Below are positions 40,942 through 54,539 of a DNA stretch of 64,000 nucleotides, piece after piece. Both the position numbers and the translations under genes were made by a program. The stretch comes from Utricularia gibba. Taxonomy: Eukaryota > Plantae > Magnoliophyta. The notes beneath the pieces are model-generated. The model was not told the origin of the DNA. It saw only the letters and a program-made list of their open reading frames with translations, and made no database searches. The stretch covers positions 1,674,001 to 1,738,000 of the forward strand of contig CM007992.1 of the NCBI GenBank assembly GCA_002189035.1. The letters run 5' to 3'. The stretch's first letter is position 1, and each line of letters begins with the position of its first letter.

Positions 40942-41462
40942 ATGTGCGCTTCCAGTCTCCAACTGCTGCTTCTCGCGTGTCTCGTCTTCGCCCAATCCTC
41001 CACCGCCGCGCCCTCGCTGATCCAGAAAGCATGCACCATCACACGCGCAGCCGTCGATCGGCAGCAATGTATCGCCACGCTGCAATCGCAGCCGCCAATC
41101 GCTGCCGCGACGGGGATGAAGTCTCTGGCGGTGAGAATCGCGCAGGCAGGGTTTCAAAACTCCACCGTAACTAGAAACTACATCAGGCAGATTAGCGGCG
41201 GTGGCGCGGGGTTGAAGGACTGCGAGGAGGCGTACAATGTGATTATCCGTCCTTCCGGAGCGCGGAGGAGGAAGTTAGGGATAAGGATTACGAAACGGCG
41301 ACGTATGACCTCCTGCTCGCGGCTACGGATTATTTGTCGCAGTGCGAGAATGCGACGGCGACGTACGGAATCAAGAACGAGGTCATTCTCAGGGGGAATA
41401 AAGCCGTCGAGATCTTCGCCTTCGCGGCGTATACGGTGGCGGATGCCCTCGGTAGCAGCTAG
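40942..41462 (+). CDS. Pectin methylesterase/invertase inhibitor-domain protein, intronless; one -1 frameshift at ~41247 as written
   Basis: Signal peptide MCASSLQLLLLACLVFAQSSTA; four Cys (QKAC, QQC, LKDCEEAY, LSQC); adding one base at 41247-41248 restores SFRSAEEEVRDKDYETATYDLLLAATDYLSQCE...ADALGSS* (174 codons). TATA-like CCTATTTAAG ~40845. Confidence 0.88.
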
Positions 41463-43174
41463 CCTTCTCTTCAGGGGGTAAACGCTGAGTCGTCACCATA
41501 AATGCGTGAGTGAATTGGGGAATATCAATGTCATACCATCGCATAGAGCGATATCATCCAAAATAAAAGCGCTTTTGCTGCTAATCATTTTGATTTCTTT
41601 CTTTAAATTTTCTGCCTTTTCCCAAAATAAAAAGGCTACAAATTAATTAAATCAAAGTCGGTGCTCGGGATGATAAAAATTCCAGTCCTCTGTCTCCTCA
41701 TCCTCACCAATTGCAATGAATGATTCTCAAATTCATTTACATATGTTTGTAGTCTACTTTATTTACTATAAAAATGTTAGTATTTAAATATAATAAAACA
41801 TATATAAATTAAGAAGTTTGTAGAGGAGTTATACAAGTCTTTTACGAATGATACGTCTTTTGAATATACAAAGTTATCAATACACGTGTTTTAAACCATA
41901 AACAAACTTAGTTTTATTTGAGGATAACTCCAATAATTATGCAAAAGTAGCGGTCTATGTATATATGTAATGTTGTTGCAAGTCATTCATGTGACCACAT
42001 GTGGGGCCTTCAAAATGATTTACAATGATCTAGCATTATATATTTATTATGTTATTCATTAAAGAAACATAAATATAAGATAATATATGTATTTATGAAA
42101 ATAAAAAAGTACACCTCGGATTTAATATTCTTTCAAAAATTTTATCTTATAATTTTATGGAATTTTTAATAACTAAGCGTTGGATTTGCCGTACGATGTG
42201 AAGGTGATGCTGGCGTATGTAGTAAGTCCAGCTGGCGTGGAGACTTCTTCTACTAAATTATTGCATCTTATTTGTTTAGTTTCTGTTATGCATCTGTATG
42301 GTTATATATAGCCACCTTCCTCAATAATATTGTAGCCATTTTTCTTCTATTTGTACGCTCTTTTCAACATTGGGATATGAGAGCCACGCATCTTCTGCAA
42401 GAACGATCCAAAAAGTAGTATTAGTGGGGAATTTATCTAGGTAATTGATAAAGAAGTGAATTATAAAATATTGAATTTTTGTATTAAATACATATACAAA
42501 ATCCTAATATACATGAATCTACAAATTTAAAGAAAATGTGTAATACTTCATTAGTCAAACTTAAGAACCTAGTGCTCATGTGTGTTGGTTAATGGATTAT
42601 TGGTGTCAAATATAATTCTTAGTCTTTGCTAAAACTAATGATGATTTGGTAGTAATTAGAAAAATAAAAGTAAAAATATAGAATGATATAAAGTAATTCA
42701 AATAGCATAAATACAATATCTCAAGATTTCAAGGGTAGTATGTTCACTCAAACTCTAGTACTAACCCTCTTGATAAGTTAACACAAGATGGCTGATTCTA
42801 CCCAATGTGTTTCGTTAAATTTTTTATTTTAATTTTTCTAAGTATTCTAGATTCTGGCACTCTTAAATCTATCATATTGCAAGATTTCCATGGTTATAGT
42901 GTTGAAAACAAAGTAAAGTTAAATTCTGAAGGTGTCACATAATTGGTTTTGTTTTTACAATGCTATACATAGTTGGAAGTAATATTCTTGGAACTTATTA
43001 GAGTTCTTCAACTAGGTTGAGATTCTTTTTGTTTTCTTCTTTCGTTATTTTTATTCAAATAAAGAAGTAGAATCAAAATAATTTTAGTTATCAATTCTAA
43101 AAATCCTTTTAACCAGAAGCCACAAACAACAATGTATATGCTCTCAAACATAATCTTAGTAAGACATTGAATGC

Positions 43175-44359
43175 TGATAAGTGATTTTGTGTTACTTATA
43201 TTTGTACTTTTTAGGACTCACTTAGATGGGTTTTGCATTCTTTTTATTTCACTTTCCTTATATTTCTAGAATAATTTTATATCTTTCATACCACTTTGAT
43301 CTTTTTGGAGGCAAAGTATGTTTTGTGATTTTTCAGAACGAATTTAGAATAATTTGGAAGATTTTCGAGCTACTTTGATGGAGGCTAAAATTTGATCTAT
43401 CCGAATGAAGACTCGATCAAAGATTCTCAAATAAGATAAGATTCACATCTTATATTGGAAAACTTGAATCTCATCTTGGAAGATTTGTGTCAAATCTTAG
43501 AAGATTTGGATAGAAGATTTGATGTGAGCCCATCAAGAAAGCCCGATAAATCCCCACCATTATATAAAGATCCAAACGCAAAGACCTAGAAGAGAGTCAA
43601 GAGTGGACGACCAAAGAGTCAATCTAGGGTTTAGAATTGAGTCTAGCATGTTTTGGATTCCTTTCCTTTCATTTTTCATCAACTTTTATTGTTTAGAGTC
43701 AAGCATGTGCGTGTGAGCGCTTGCGGCTGATGATCTGCTGTGAAGCCTTGCTTGCGCAAGTTCTGCGCGTGTGACTGTCTTCCCATGTTTTTCAGCATTT
43801 AATTTGAGGTCTGAATTCTGTTTTTCGCAATGTTTTCTTTACCAACGTGATCTTTAGTACCATATAACTCTAAGGGAGTGTGGGAGAATCAAAGGTTGGT
43901 CTCAAGCACCTAAAAAGAAGAGCTCAATCGGACATCGTTGGTAAGACACATTCTGTCTAATCTGTCTGTGAGGTGTGAGGGATTAGATTTGGATGTGAGG
44001 AAAACATGAGTTATCACAAGAAGTGAAATGGCTTTAGTGGCGTGGTTGATTCCATAATCCCACAAAACAAGGGACGGTACTATAACGGTCATCGAGTAGC
44101 ACTACTTTAGAATAACACCCCCAAAGTTTGCGCAAGCAGGTCAGTTTTCAAGGTTTGCACACACGCAAGGGCGAGTTTCAAGTAAGGTGGATCTTATATC
44201 CAAGACCATTTTTCTTATTATTTTCAAAACCAAATATTTCTTTTGTTTTCGATCTTTTTGAATCTTTGTTTGAAAAGAATATTCCAATAACAATTCCCTG
44301 TGGATACGATGTTATTTTATTACTTCGACGGTTTCTGTGCACTTGCAGAATTACCATAA
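43175..44359 (+). mobile_element. Solo LTR (family A, 1185 bp) with 5-bp TSD
   Basis: Starts TGATAAGTGATTTTGTG, ends ACCATAA (decayed ACCATCA); TSD AATGC at 43170-43174 and 44360-44364; reverse-complement homologue of 12116-13308. Confidence 0.93.
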
Positions 44360-44399
44360 AATGCAATCACCTCTCAAGAGGCATCGTGTGAATTAAAAC

Positions 44400-45000
44400 C
44401 CACTATGGACCACTTAATAACTTTTGTGTGCTAGAGGCAAATGGTTCAAAACTTGATGCTATAAGTATACCATGTGTTTTGTTAGGTGTTTATGTAGGAT
44501 CCAAAGTCTACTACTTGTACAATCCGACTACAAACATGTTTGTGATTAGAAAAAAATGTAATCTTTAAGGAAAAGAATATGGCATTAGAAGAAGGATGAT
44601 TCATCTCTAATTATTCTCAGTTTTTTTTTTTTGAAGAAAATGATGATATTATTGAGAGAGAACTAATTATAGTATTGTAACCGCTTTTCATGATGTAGAA
44701 TTCACAACATTGTCCTCTTGTAGTAGTATTGGAGAAACTGAAATGCCAAGCACATTAGAGCATTTGGGAATCTAAACATATGATCATATCTTTAGTTACT
44801 TAAAGGATTTGGATTCTTTATCAACTTGATATTAAATCTACATTTCTTCATAGTACATTTAATGAAGATATCTATGTTTGAGAAATCAAAAGCCTTTGGG
44901 AAGGATAATGCATCTTTTTAGAAGTTAGAAAGCTCTTTAGTCCTTAAGGATTATTGAAGGCATTTTTGCACTTCGATTTCTCTTTCATTCCAATAATATC
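44400..45000 (+). mobile_element. Ty1/copia pol remnant
   Basis: KLDAISIPCVLLGVYVGSKVYYLYNPTT (~44450-44540, post-integrase motif) and QLDIKSTFLH...NEDIYV (~44820-44880, RT motif QLDVKSAFLHG). Confidence 0.75.
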
Positions 45001-46469
45001 AAATCTAATGTTAACATATTTTCGCTATGCAAATCGGAAGCAAACTTTCAAGCATGTACATCTAACGATATAGGCAAATCATGTATGCTTACTAATTACA
45101 AATGTTTCCTCATTGTTCGAATGGTAAAAGGAAGATTTCATTTCCGCCATGAAATGCTCTAAAAACAATATCCCAAAAAATACAATTTTATTGATAATGT
45201 CATTAAACCTTCATACATTGTCATAATCTTGTCTTTTAATAACTATATATCTATTTTTTGTACCCTTACTTTATACATCTGCTATCTAGAGTCCTAGATT
45301 TTTAATTAGCTTAAGTCTTCCTTCAACGAAATCAATTGTCAAGATGGAATTCTACTAACTTTCAAAATTAGTAAAATAACCTTCTAAACTGCAACACATG
45401 GTGAAAATGCACTCAAGGAGAGAATTGATTTTAGAGATGTTGAGCGACAATGATGTGGTGTCATTGGCTGATTATGGAACCCAACAACTCATACAAGTGG
45501 AACACGCATGAGCTTCCAGAGATTTCGCCTATATACAACACATATAAAAAGGAATTGTGTCATGGACTCATATTCTCTATTAACCTCAAGATTGCCATTG
45601 CCGTGAGCAATTTCTTGATCTTCATCACAAGATAAGAATTTGTTGTGCAACATAGCGTCAACTCCGAGTGCAAGTTAAGTTTAAATCATCTTAGAGTAAT
45701 TCCATTATCCTTAGAGGATGTAATATAGTTATAATCATGTGAAATATTTTTACAAGATTACAAAGCTAGTAGAGTCTCACACACATGACGTGTGCAATTC
45801 TCTCATGTTGAGACATGTGAGTTTGAGGAAGGATTTTCTAACTCAATACTTGAGTTAAATGGTAAGATGCAAGTTAAAGTGCAAGATATTATATTGAGAG
45901 TAGTGCAAACAAAGTTGTATAAATATCTTCTTGAATTGCGAAGAGCAAATCAACAAACTCATTTTGTATTCAGCAATACTAGTTAAAGGTATGGGGAGCA
46001 TATAGTGGAGATGTTTTGCACTACTTTTAATCAATTAACTTACAAGTAGTATTCAGTGAAAGTTAACTTAAAGGAAAAGTAAAATTAGAGGTTGTTTGTA
46101 TTGGATTAAAAGGAATAAGGAAATACAAAAGCAGGAAATCACATGCATGGCAATCCAATCTCATCAAATATATCATTAGAAAGTTAAGGATTAGAGCTTT
46201 CTATAGAATCAAACACCATTGCAATCCAACCATCCAATCATGACTTTTGAATTTTTTTAAAGTGAGACTCAGAAAAATAGTGTATGGATTGACTGAGCTT
46301 CCGAGCAATTTTCATAAAAAACACCATACATCTTGCTCCATGATCCAAACTGAGCAAAGAATAAGAAACCTTACTCGAGGATCTAAAATATTCATGTTCA
46401 TCACATAATGACATTCACAGTAAATAAGCACAGAAAAGCGATAAAACATAAAGGTAGTGTTAAGTATCA

Positions 46470-47640
46470 TTTTCTATGTGTTTATTATATGTTATTATGT
46501 ATTAAATTAGGATTAAGTCATCCAAATTAGAAGTTATTGACAGGTATTTGATTTTATTAGAAAATTTCTATTTTTGTATTTTATACATATTTTGTTCTCT
46601 TTTTTTGTACACTTTCATCCAAAATGTTAGGAGACAGGCTTGGAGTATTAAACACTGACATTTCGTGCCTTTATGCGACATGGATCAATTGTGGACAGAA
46701 AACTGACACTAGTCAAGATTCCCGATTTACGGCATGTCAGAGTCTGCAACAATGATTGGATGCTTATTTGCATGAATGGGAAAGCTAGCTGCACACACAA
46801 GATAGAAAGAATGATGGACAAGGAGCAAAAAAAGTTAATGGACATGGGGAGTGAATTAAAACAAACTTGGAACACTTGTTTTCAGACCTTTTGACCTTTT
46901 TTCTCACTTTGTTTCTCACATTAGAACTTTTTTTCCCCCTCTCCATCAAAAGAAAAACACTTTAGCTTTATGTTTTTATTTTGTATTTTCATGGCCATTT
47001 ATGGTTATACCTTTTTAATTTTTAGGAATAAATGAAGTTTTCTTCTATTTCTTGAACATCAATCTAGATTCTTTATTGAGATTCTTTCAAATTTTGCATA
47101 TTTCCATATGTCATGTTACAATCTTTCTATGACATCGCTTAGTCACGATCCATGAGTAGTAGGCCACTCCTTATAGATTTTAATAAAGAGAAAGGTGAAG
47201 AGTACTATCTCCAACCCTATTGGTTCGAGGAAGATAGCAAGTTGGTTGTGATCGAGATATCGCAACAGTGGACAGCTAGTGATCGCATATCTATCACTAG
47301 ATATTGGCAATAGTTGGGTACCTACAAAATTTGGTTTTGAGGAAATCGACATAAATTCTTTTGTCCTCTCAATCATTCAAAGGGAATCACATGAGGTTAT
47401 TCTCGTGCCTTCTTTTCAATCGTAGTGTAAAGGAAAGTAGGGTATTCCTTGCTCTTATAACCAGTTATTTGGAAGGGATCAGTAAAAACTGAGGCGAGGA
47501 TATATAAAATGAGGAAACGGAATCCATATTGCTAGCATTGTATCTTTTATTTTTGTATTTCAAAAACTTCTTTTTACAAATTCGTGATAATTTGTAAAAG
47601 TTTAGTACAAAACACTTTCGCAAAACTGAACTCCTTGAGA
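46470..47640 (+). mobile_element. Degenerate LTR (family C)
   Basis: Colinear with 54540-55560 (actgacatttcg, tgacactagtca.ga, catcaatct...attcttta, tcacg.tccatgagtag, ccaa.cctattggtt.gagg.agata). Ends approximate. Confidence 0.7.
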
Positions 47641-47869
47641 TTGACATTCATATTGCCCTTTATTAGTGTTTTACATTTTTCTAAATTAAAATTATTGAGG
47701 AAATGACATGAAACATGCAGTCACATAATTGCAGAATCAAACAATATAACACATAGCAGAATCTTGGAAACCATCAGTGTGTTTACACATACTGAATTTG
47801 ATTGTTCCAATGCTGAAAACTTCCATTATATCTGTATTTCAGTGCTGCAAAAATTTAGAATTTTAGGAT

Positions 47870-49686
47870 TGATAAATGGAAATTTCATAATGTCGTTGCA
47901 AAAATAGAAATTTCGTATCAAATAAATTTATAAGCCCTAATTTTCACAAGATACAAATTAAGCACAAATGTAAAGTGGAATTTAGGGTCGATCACAAGGA
48001 GCTTGTACTTGCAATGCATTTTTCGTGATGCAAAATTCGGTGTAACAATAGTTCTTAGTGTAACCTCAAATTAACAGTGATAGGTAAGTTCAATAAACAA
48101 GATCAAGTCTTAATGCTGAAAATAACATATACTAGTTTTAACACAGACTAATGCGAAGATTCCTTACAGGTCTGCAGGTGGTGTGGTACTAAGATGTCTA
48201 ATTTAATTTACTATGTTCCTATACTCACAACTTCAAACAACCTAAGTCTACCCAAGTCATTCATCATATTTTTGACTAAGTTAGTCCCAAATATCATTAC
48301 CAACAATACAATTAGATCTACCTGTTGGTTTTCTCGTAGACATCGAATGTTAGAAAAGTAGTGGAATTTAAAATTTTTCGCGAAACCCCTAACGCAATTC
48401 TGGGAATATGGTATACATCAGACAAAGGGATGCTAAAAATACCTTTCAAAGTACTCCATTGTTCACCAAATGCCAATAGCTGACGGCCTCTAGTATTCAC
48501 ACGTGAAGCACTCCGTCGATAACCTTCTCAAGGCTGCAAAATGTTGGTCGAATTCCTCAGATGCTAGTAGAGAAAATCGCCCCCTTGTGGATCAATCTCA
48601 AAGAGCAGGAAGATGATGGAAGATCTATAGATCTCAATCTTTTGATAGATATTTGGTAACATATCAAATCATATCTCTATAATTTTATAGCACATAGATT
48701 AAGGAGAGGGTTTTTTCAATGATGTAAACTTGATCACAATTCAAGGTAAATATCAAAAGATAAGATTTGCCAATGAATTGATTGTCTCTAGAACACATAC
48801 TCTAACACTATACGCATGAAAATATATAAAACTAGGTCTACCCTGAACTAATACCTATTGCTCCTGTCTTGATCTATTGGTATACTTCTAAATCAAGTAT
48901 CTTAGTTGCGAAGTTACTTGTTCTCTTCCTTAGATCTACCCATTGAATGATAGAAGAACTAAGATATAAACATAAATTTCATTATTAACTCTAGATCCAC
49001 ACCATCATGCTTTACCTTAAGACATCCATAAAGTTTTTGCTACTCATACTTGGAAAATAAAAAACCTAATTTCATTTAGAGAATGTAGCGAAAATAACAT
49101 AAACATTGTAAGTAATTCAGATACAGAAACTCAAAATGTTCAGTAAACGAAAAGGAAATAAAGATTGTTCGGTTGCCCGGTTGCTATTGTTCACTGCTCG
49201 GAATAGTAGCGATGGATTGGCTCTTATGCCATTCTTGAGGATGAAGCCCTTCTTCTCTTCTCATCAGTGTTCTTCGTGTTGGAGGAGAAGCCCCCTCGTG
49301 TGTGTGCTCGCTAAAACTCCTGCTCTTTCTTTTTGAAAAAAAAGTATCTCCCCTGCTTTACTCCAATGTATTGTTTCTGACACTAGCTCTGTTCTTGCCC
49401 TAAACTTGCAGTCTGTAGGCGGCAGAACAGTGCTCTTTGTCTCTCTTCAGATGTGCCTTTTTCTACTTATTCCACATGTTTGTGAGTTTGGTTTTGCTGC
49501 TGAGCTTAGTTAAACATCAGTTGAAGGTGGTGGACTAAATCACAGGATTTAGTCCCCTTTTCAACATAAACACACAAAATTAACATAAACAACACATAAA
49601 TGTGAAAAACCTCATATAACTAACCTAAACCACAATAAAACATAACCATTTTTCATTATAAAATTCAAAGAAAACGTGTATCATCA
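47870..49686 (-). mobile_element. Athila-type LTR related to family B, interrupted by an Angela-like LTR
   Basis: tatcaaataaatttataagcc...agggtcgatcacaaggagc (47917-48003) parallels 35696-35777; TGATAA terminus at 47870; ggactaaatcacaggatttagtccc motif as at ~36672. No clean TSD. Confidence 0.65.
48323..48807 (-). mobile_element. Internally deleted Ty1/Angela-lineage solo LTR (485 bp)
   Basis: Minus strand starts TGTTAGAGTATGTGTTCTAGAGACAAT (BARE-1/Angela-like start) and ends AAACCAACA; flanks ctacc / ctata (imperfect TSD). Confidence 0.7.
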
Positions 49687-51467
49687 TCAAGAACACTCAA
49701 TCAGCCCACCATAAATTTATTCTCACAACTACAAAGACTACGCACTCTTTTCATCTAGCTTGTTGTTCTTCAGTTTTCTTCAATTTATGGGGCTTACAAG
49801 ACCTTTAAAGTTTAATTTTCATCCTTATACTATTTCAAGTGATCCTTATCCTTAATACCATGGTGTTATAACCCTCTTTCACATCTTGAACAATGCTATT
49901 GGCCCAAAAGGTAGCTACCACATTGCTGCAACTATTTTGATGTATTCTATTTCCTTGTTCCCTCCTTTATCGTATAAATTTCAGATGAAATGTTGATATC
50001 TTACAGGGTGCTCAAAACAAACAATATCTTGCAATGATTTGATGACTCGTTAAATCATGATACAAATCATTAACATTGGAGGTCTAATGGTTGACTCATC
50101 ATTAATGCAAATGAAAATCTTGCAGATATTGTATGCCATTCATTCAATAAATTTTAAAGAAAATAAATATAACACAATTTACATAGTATAAATATTAGTT
50201 ACATAGAACTAATTTTCTAGAGAAAGGTGAATTTGCAAATCTTATACACATTATTACAATTTTTTTAATTGGAGTTGAATAATGGAAACAACATAGATAG
50301 ATTTTAAATAATGAATCTTGAATAAGGAAATTATATTAGGGACTAAAAATTTTTTCTAGCAATATTTGCTCTAAATGTCATCTTTATTTGACTCTTTCAA
50401 GTAAATGGTTATAGGGGAAAATAACTATTTATGCTCCCTTATATTCTTTGGTAAGGAGGTAAAGGAACTACCTTGTGTGATTCCCCTCTCATGACGAACA
50501 AGGAATCAATAAGATTTGTCACACTTTTGCGTCAAAGAGTAAATTATTCATGTCTTCTCAAATGTTATCAATAACTAAATGACATAGTTATGAGGTCATT
50601 GTCTGCCCATGATGGAGTTCATTTGGTTAATGATAAATCAGTATCGCTCTCAAACTAGAAGAATTGGAGATAATCCTAAAATTAACATTTATATGCAATA
50701 AAACATGTAATAATAAAGAAAATTACATTGATATGAAGAAAACATACAAACTATTATATTGGAATCCTAATTGAACAAATGTAACCACATTTTAACATAA
50801 AAATATATACAAAATAATAAGAAAAACTCACTTAACAACAAGTAATACTAATCCTCTCTATTTTGAAGGTCATATTTTCTTTGTTGCACTATTTTCCTTG
50901 AACCGTATAAATATATAAGATGGAGGATATTGCATTAGCTGAAGGCGGGGAGGTGTAGACCTGGAAAGGCTTTTAAGGGAAATGATGTGTCGATCCATGT
51001 GAATGAGGGTAGTATTTAACAAGCCTCACTGAATTTTGAATGTCTAATGTTGCACTACTACAATGTGCTTATCTAACACACTGGAAGACCTTTATTGTGG
51101 ACTCGTATACACCCTTTTTTACAATGATGTGGATGTGTGTAGACATGCACTTTTGTTCTGATCATTGTTGCACCATTGTTTGCTAGGAGCTTCTTTTGTC
51201 GTGAAGATAGACATGCTTTAAACTGCTCAAATTCTAAGCAAGATGAATGTTCATTTGCGGAGAATATCAAATAAGTGAAAATTTCAATCACCGCAATTTA
51301 GTACTTGTGATCCCTACATCTCCTGGCATACAACCCTTTGAGTTAATGCAAATATGGTATGTGGTATTTGGAAGTCATGTGTTTATAAATCATTTGTTTG
51401 ATTTCATGCATTTGTGGTGCATCAAGCATGATATTGAAAATCACCAAGTCATGAGTGCATTTATACG

Positions 51468-51706
51468 GAATCCCTTATCAAAAACAAAATATGTGATTAA
51501 ATAGTAAACACCATTAAATAATCTTGTATATTTAGAATAAAACTTAACCAAATAAAAGCTTAGTGATTGTTTCTAAATTCTAGTCATACAGAATCCCTTA
51601 TCAAACACAAAATATGTGATTAAATAGTAAAAACCATTAAATAATCTTGTATATTTAGAATAAAACTTAACAAAATAAAAGCTTAGTGATTGTTTCTAAA
51701 TTCTAG
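51468..51706. repeat. Tandem direct duplication, two 116-bp copies, period 123
   Basis: Copies 51468-51583 and 51591-51706; three substitutions counted by eye. Confidence 0.95.
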
Positions 51707-52259
51707 GTGAAGAACCGTGGAGGAAAAGCCATGATTTTAGCCTAAAACATTAATTATATATTTCTATTTTTAACAATAGTTATGTGCCCAAAGGCAGACA
51801 ATTATATTTTGAATAGTCGTATGCTCCAAAACAGTCACCCATTAGTCAAATTTGACCAGTTAACTATCAAGCCCACTTTTTTTTTAAAAACACTGATACA
51901 TGTATTTTGTGCTTTGTGTATATCGGGTACACATTTGATACATAGGTACATGGACACATTCTGATACTTCGCTATTATTAAAAAATTTTAAAAAATGGAT
52001 GAGCATTTTTATTGTTTTCATGTCTCTACCGACCATTACATATAATTTGGTTTTGCCTTTCTTTTGGGGATTGGATTGCTACTCTTTTCCAGTAACACTT
52101 TTTGAATTATTATCACCTATCAATAACTCAAGTAAGTTGGAAATAGACTTCTAATTTATGGCTTAGTTATTCATATTATTTAGAGTTTTATTTTAAGGTT
52201 TATAGGGAATGCATAAATTTGCTTCTTGATCATATTTAATGTTTTTTTTTTTTTTCAGA

Positions 52260-54360
52260 AATCTTCACCACATGACTCAAGAGAATAGAAATTCAGATTT
52301 CATAAACTTGGAAGAAATTTCAGTTAATTCTGAAAATATTGATGATGATAAGTGGCGTTTATGAGCATATGTTGAAATAGAAAAGAAACAAGGAGATAAA
52401 AGTGGAAATTCAACCATGAAGTGTTATTTGTACTCTAAGGTTTTTAAAGATCATGTTCTAGAGTTAAAGCATATTTGATGAAGTTACCTTGCAATGAGGT
52501 TTCTGTTTGCAAAAAAAAAAAAAAAAAAAAAAAATCACAGGGCCTCAAATTGAAGAGCGGAAAAATATGGAAGAAGAAGTTGTAAAAAAGAGATAAATAT
52601 CTAGAACTAATGCCAGTTTATTTACAATTCAAGACTCTTTTAATTTGTCATTTATCATCATCTAGTTCCTTGTGAGTACACACACAAAAGACATTCACAC
52701 AATTGAAGACATATGATGTTTTTAATACAATAAATTTAGAGAAATTTGATGCCATTATTGCCAGAATGTTTTACTTAATAGGCCATCCATTTCATCTTGC
52801 AAGGAATTCATACTATATTAAGGTTCTTTCTATTGATGCAACAAGAATAATTCCAAATAAATTATATCTTTCTTGAAATGCTATTATTATATTTTATGTA
52901 TTTTTTTATTATATTTATCTTTTGAATTATAGGTTACAAGCTACCAAGAGATAATAAGTTGAGAATTACCTTTTTGAAAAATGAAAGAGCACGTGTTGAG
53001 AAATCATTGACACTGCACCAAGTGCTTGAGACTCTTCAAGATTAACTTTGACATGTGATGGATGGATTAATCAACAAAAAAAGCTTTTGATAAATTTCAT
53101 AGTTTTGAATCAATGTAGATGATAACACATATTTTTGAGTGTTTAGAAGTAATAAAATGTGTAATATTTTGTCACAAAACTCAAGTTTTTGCATGAACTT
53201 CTATACTTTTGTGGTTAGTATTGCAGTTGTGTGTTTTATTTCTAGTTGGAACTAAATTTATGATTTAGTTCCAACCCCGTTCTTAATTGTTTCCTGAAAC
53301 AATGCAGCAATTGTCGGCTGACCCAATCCCTAGGAGTCGAAAAGAGTACAGTGAAATTACAGAAAGTATGAAGAAAAAGTTGAAGGAAGTACAATCAAAT
53401 CTTAAGGAAGAAAAAAAGGGAATATTTGGAAATGATGAGAGAAAGAAGAGAGGGGAGTACCTTGAACAATAGACTAGAGACTACTAGAGAAAATATCTCT
53501 CATCGAAAGAACACCCAGATGAAAGAGGGAAGACGATGCAGAAAGACAAGCTCCCCTTTGAAGATTTTTTTCACTATTCACAAATATTGTACTTAGTTGA
53601 AACTAGTTTTAGTTTTCCTATGTGAACAATTTTCTGTTTATGTTCTGTTATGCATCTTATATTGTCGTTTAATTTTCAGATCCGAATGTTGCTTAAGATA
53701 TGTTATGAAAATGATTTCTTTTCCCTTATCATAAGTAGTTAAAGCACCTAGTGGTGCCTTGAGGTAAATGGATTAACAAGTTTGTTATTCACTAAACCAA
53801 ATTAAACAAGTTTCATATTATTTCCTTACAAATTAGGATAAATCCAAGAGAGGTAAATAGTGAAAGTCACTAAACAACCCTAATTAGAGGTAGAAAAAAA
53901 TTAGGAAAAACAAAGATTTGGGTAGACTTAGACCTTTGCTTGTTATGTGAATGATATATGGTTTAGGTGGGATAGTTATAGTAATTTGCATATTAACCCA
54001 AGGCACCACCCACCTTTTCTTAGGTACAATCGAGTGCAAAAGTTTGTTGTTTTTATTTATTGTGTTATCGCAAATCTACCTTAATCCTACTTAAAACTAA
54101 ATCTATCAACGTGATACTGATTGCATGCATTGATAATCACATGACAAGTACCTGCTCTTCGTGTTCAACTCTAAACACTATGCTCATAATTGTATTATAT
54201 TTCAATGTGTATTGGGTTATAAATTTTATTTGATAATAGAATTTACAATTTGAATGACGTTATAAAATTTTCATTTATCAATGGGGTAATGTTCATTAAA
54301 ACAGTGAATTGTGAGTCAAAATTCAAGAATAGTGAATAAAACTCAAAGGTGTATAGGGAT
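52260..54360 (+). pseudogene. hAT (BED-finger/DUF659-type) transposase pseudogene interrupted by a solo LTR
   Basis: Degenerate BED finger (~52330-52490), FDAIIARMFYLIGHPFHLARNSYY (~52735-52820), GYKLPRDNKLRITFLKNERARVE (~52932-53000), TCDGWINQQKKLLINFI (~53052-53105), resuming GVMFIKTVNCE after 54280. Confidence 0.82.
53120..54280 (+). mobile_element. Solo LTR (family B, 1161 bp)
   Basis: TGATAACACATATTTTTGAGTG...CATTTATCA; homologous to 10561 and 35653-36821; flanks gtaga / atggg do not match. Confidence 0.88.
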
Positions 54361-54539
54361 GTTGGTTAAATTATTGAAAAAAAAATATTCTACGGTTTTT
54401 TTTATTTTATTAATTATAATTTGATTTGATGATTGATTTTAATGTAAATTTACTTTTGTTTTATGAACCAATTATATTGTTTTTCTTTTTCAGATCTTTT
54501 GAACAACTTGTATTGTATACACTTTAAATGTTGTTGTTA

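Noticed and set aside
42180-42420. Possible copia LTR end plus primer-binding site (tcaaca ttgggatatgagagcc)
   Set aside because: Too degenerate relative to TGGTATCAGAGC to support.
49850-51300. Fragments vaguely like MULE/FAR1 or other transposase (e.g. WADNDL..., HCKKGCIRVH)
   Set aside because: No diagnostic motif could be matched with confidence.
52511-52534. A24 run as a possible retroposon tail
   Set aside because: Lies within the hAT pseudogene, with no TSD or SINE/LINE body upstream.
53115-54285. TSD for the family-B solo LTR at 53120
   Set aside because: Flanks gtaga and atggg differ; the match of gtaga to the TSD at 35648 is coincidental since that LTR is in the opposite orientation.
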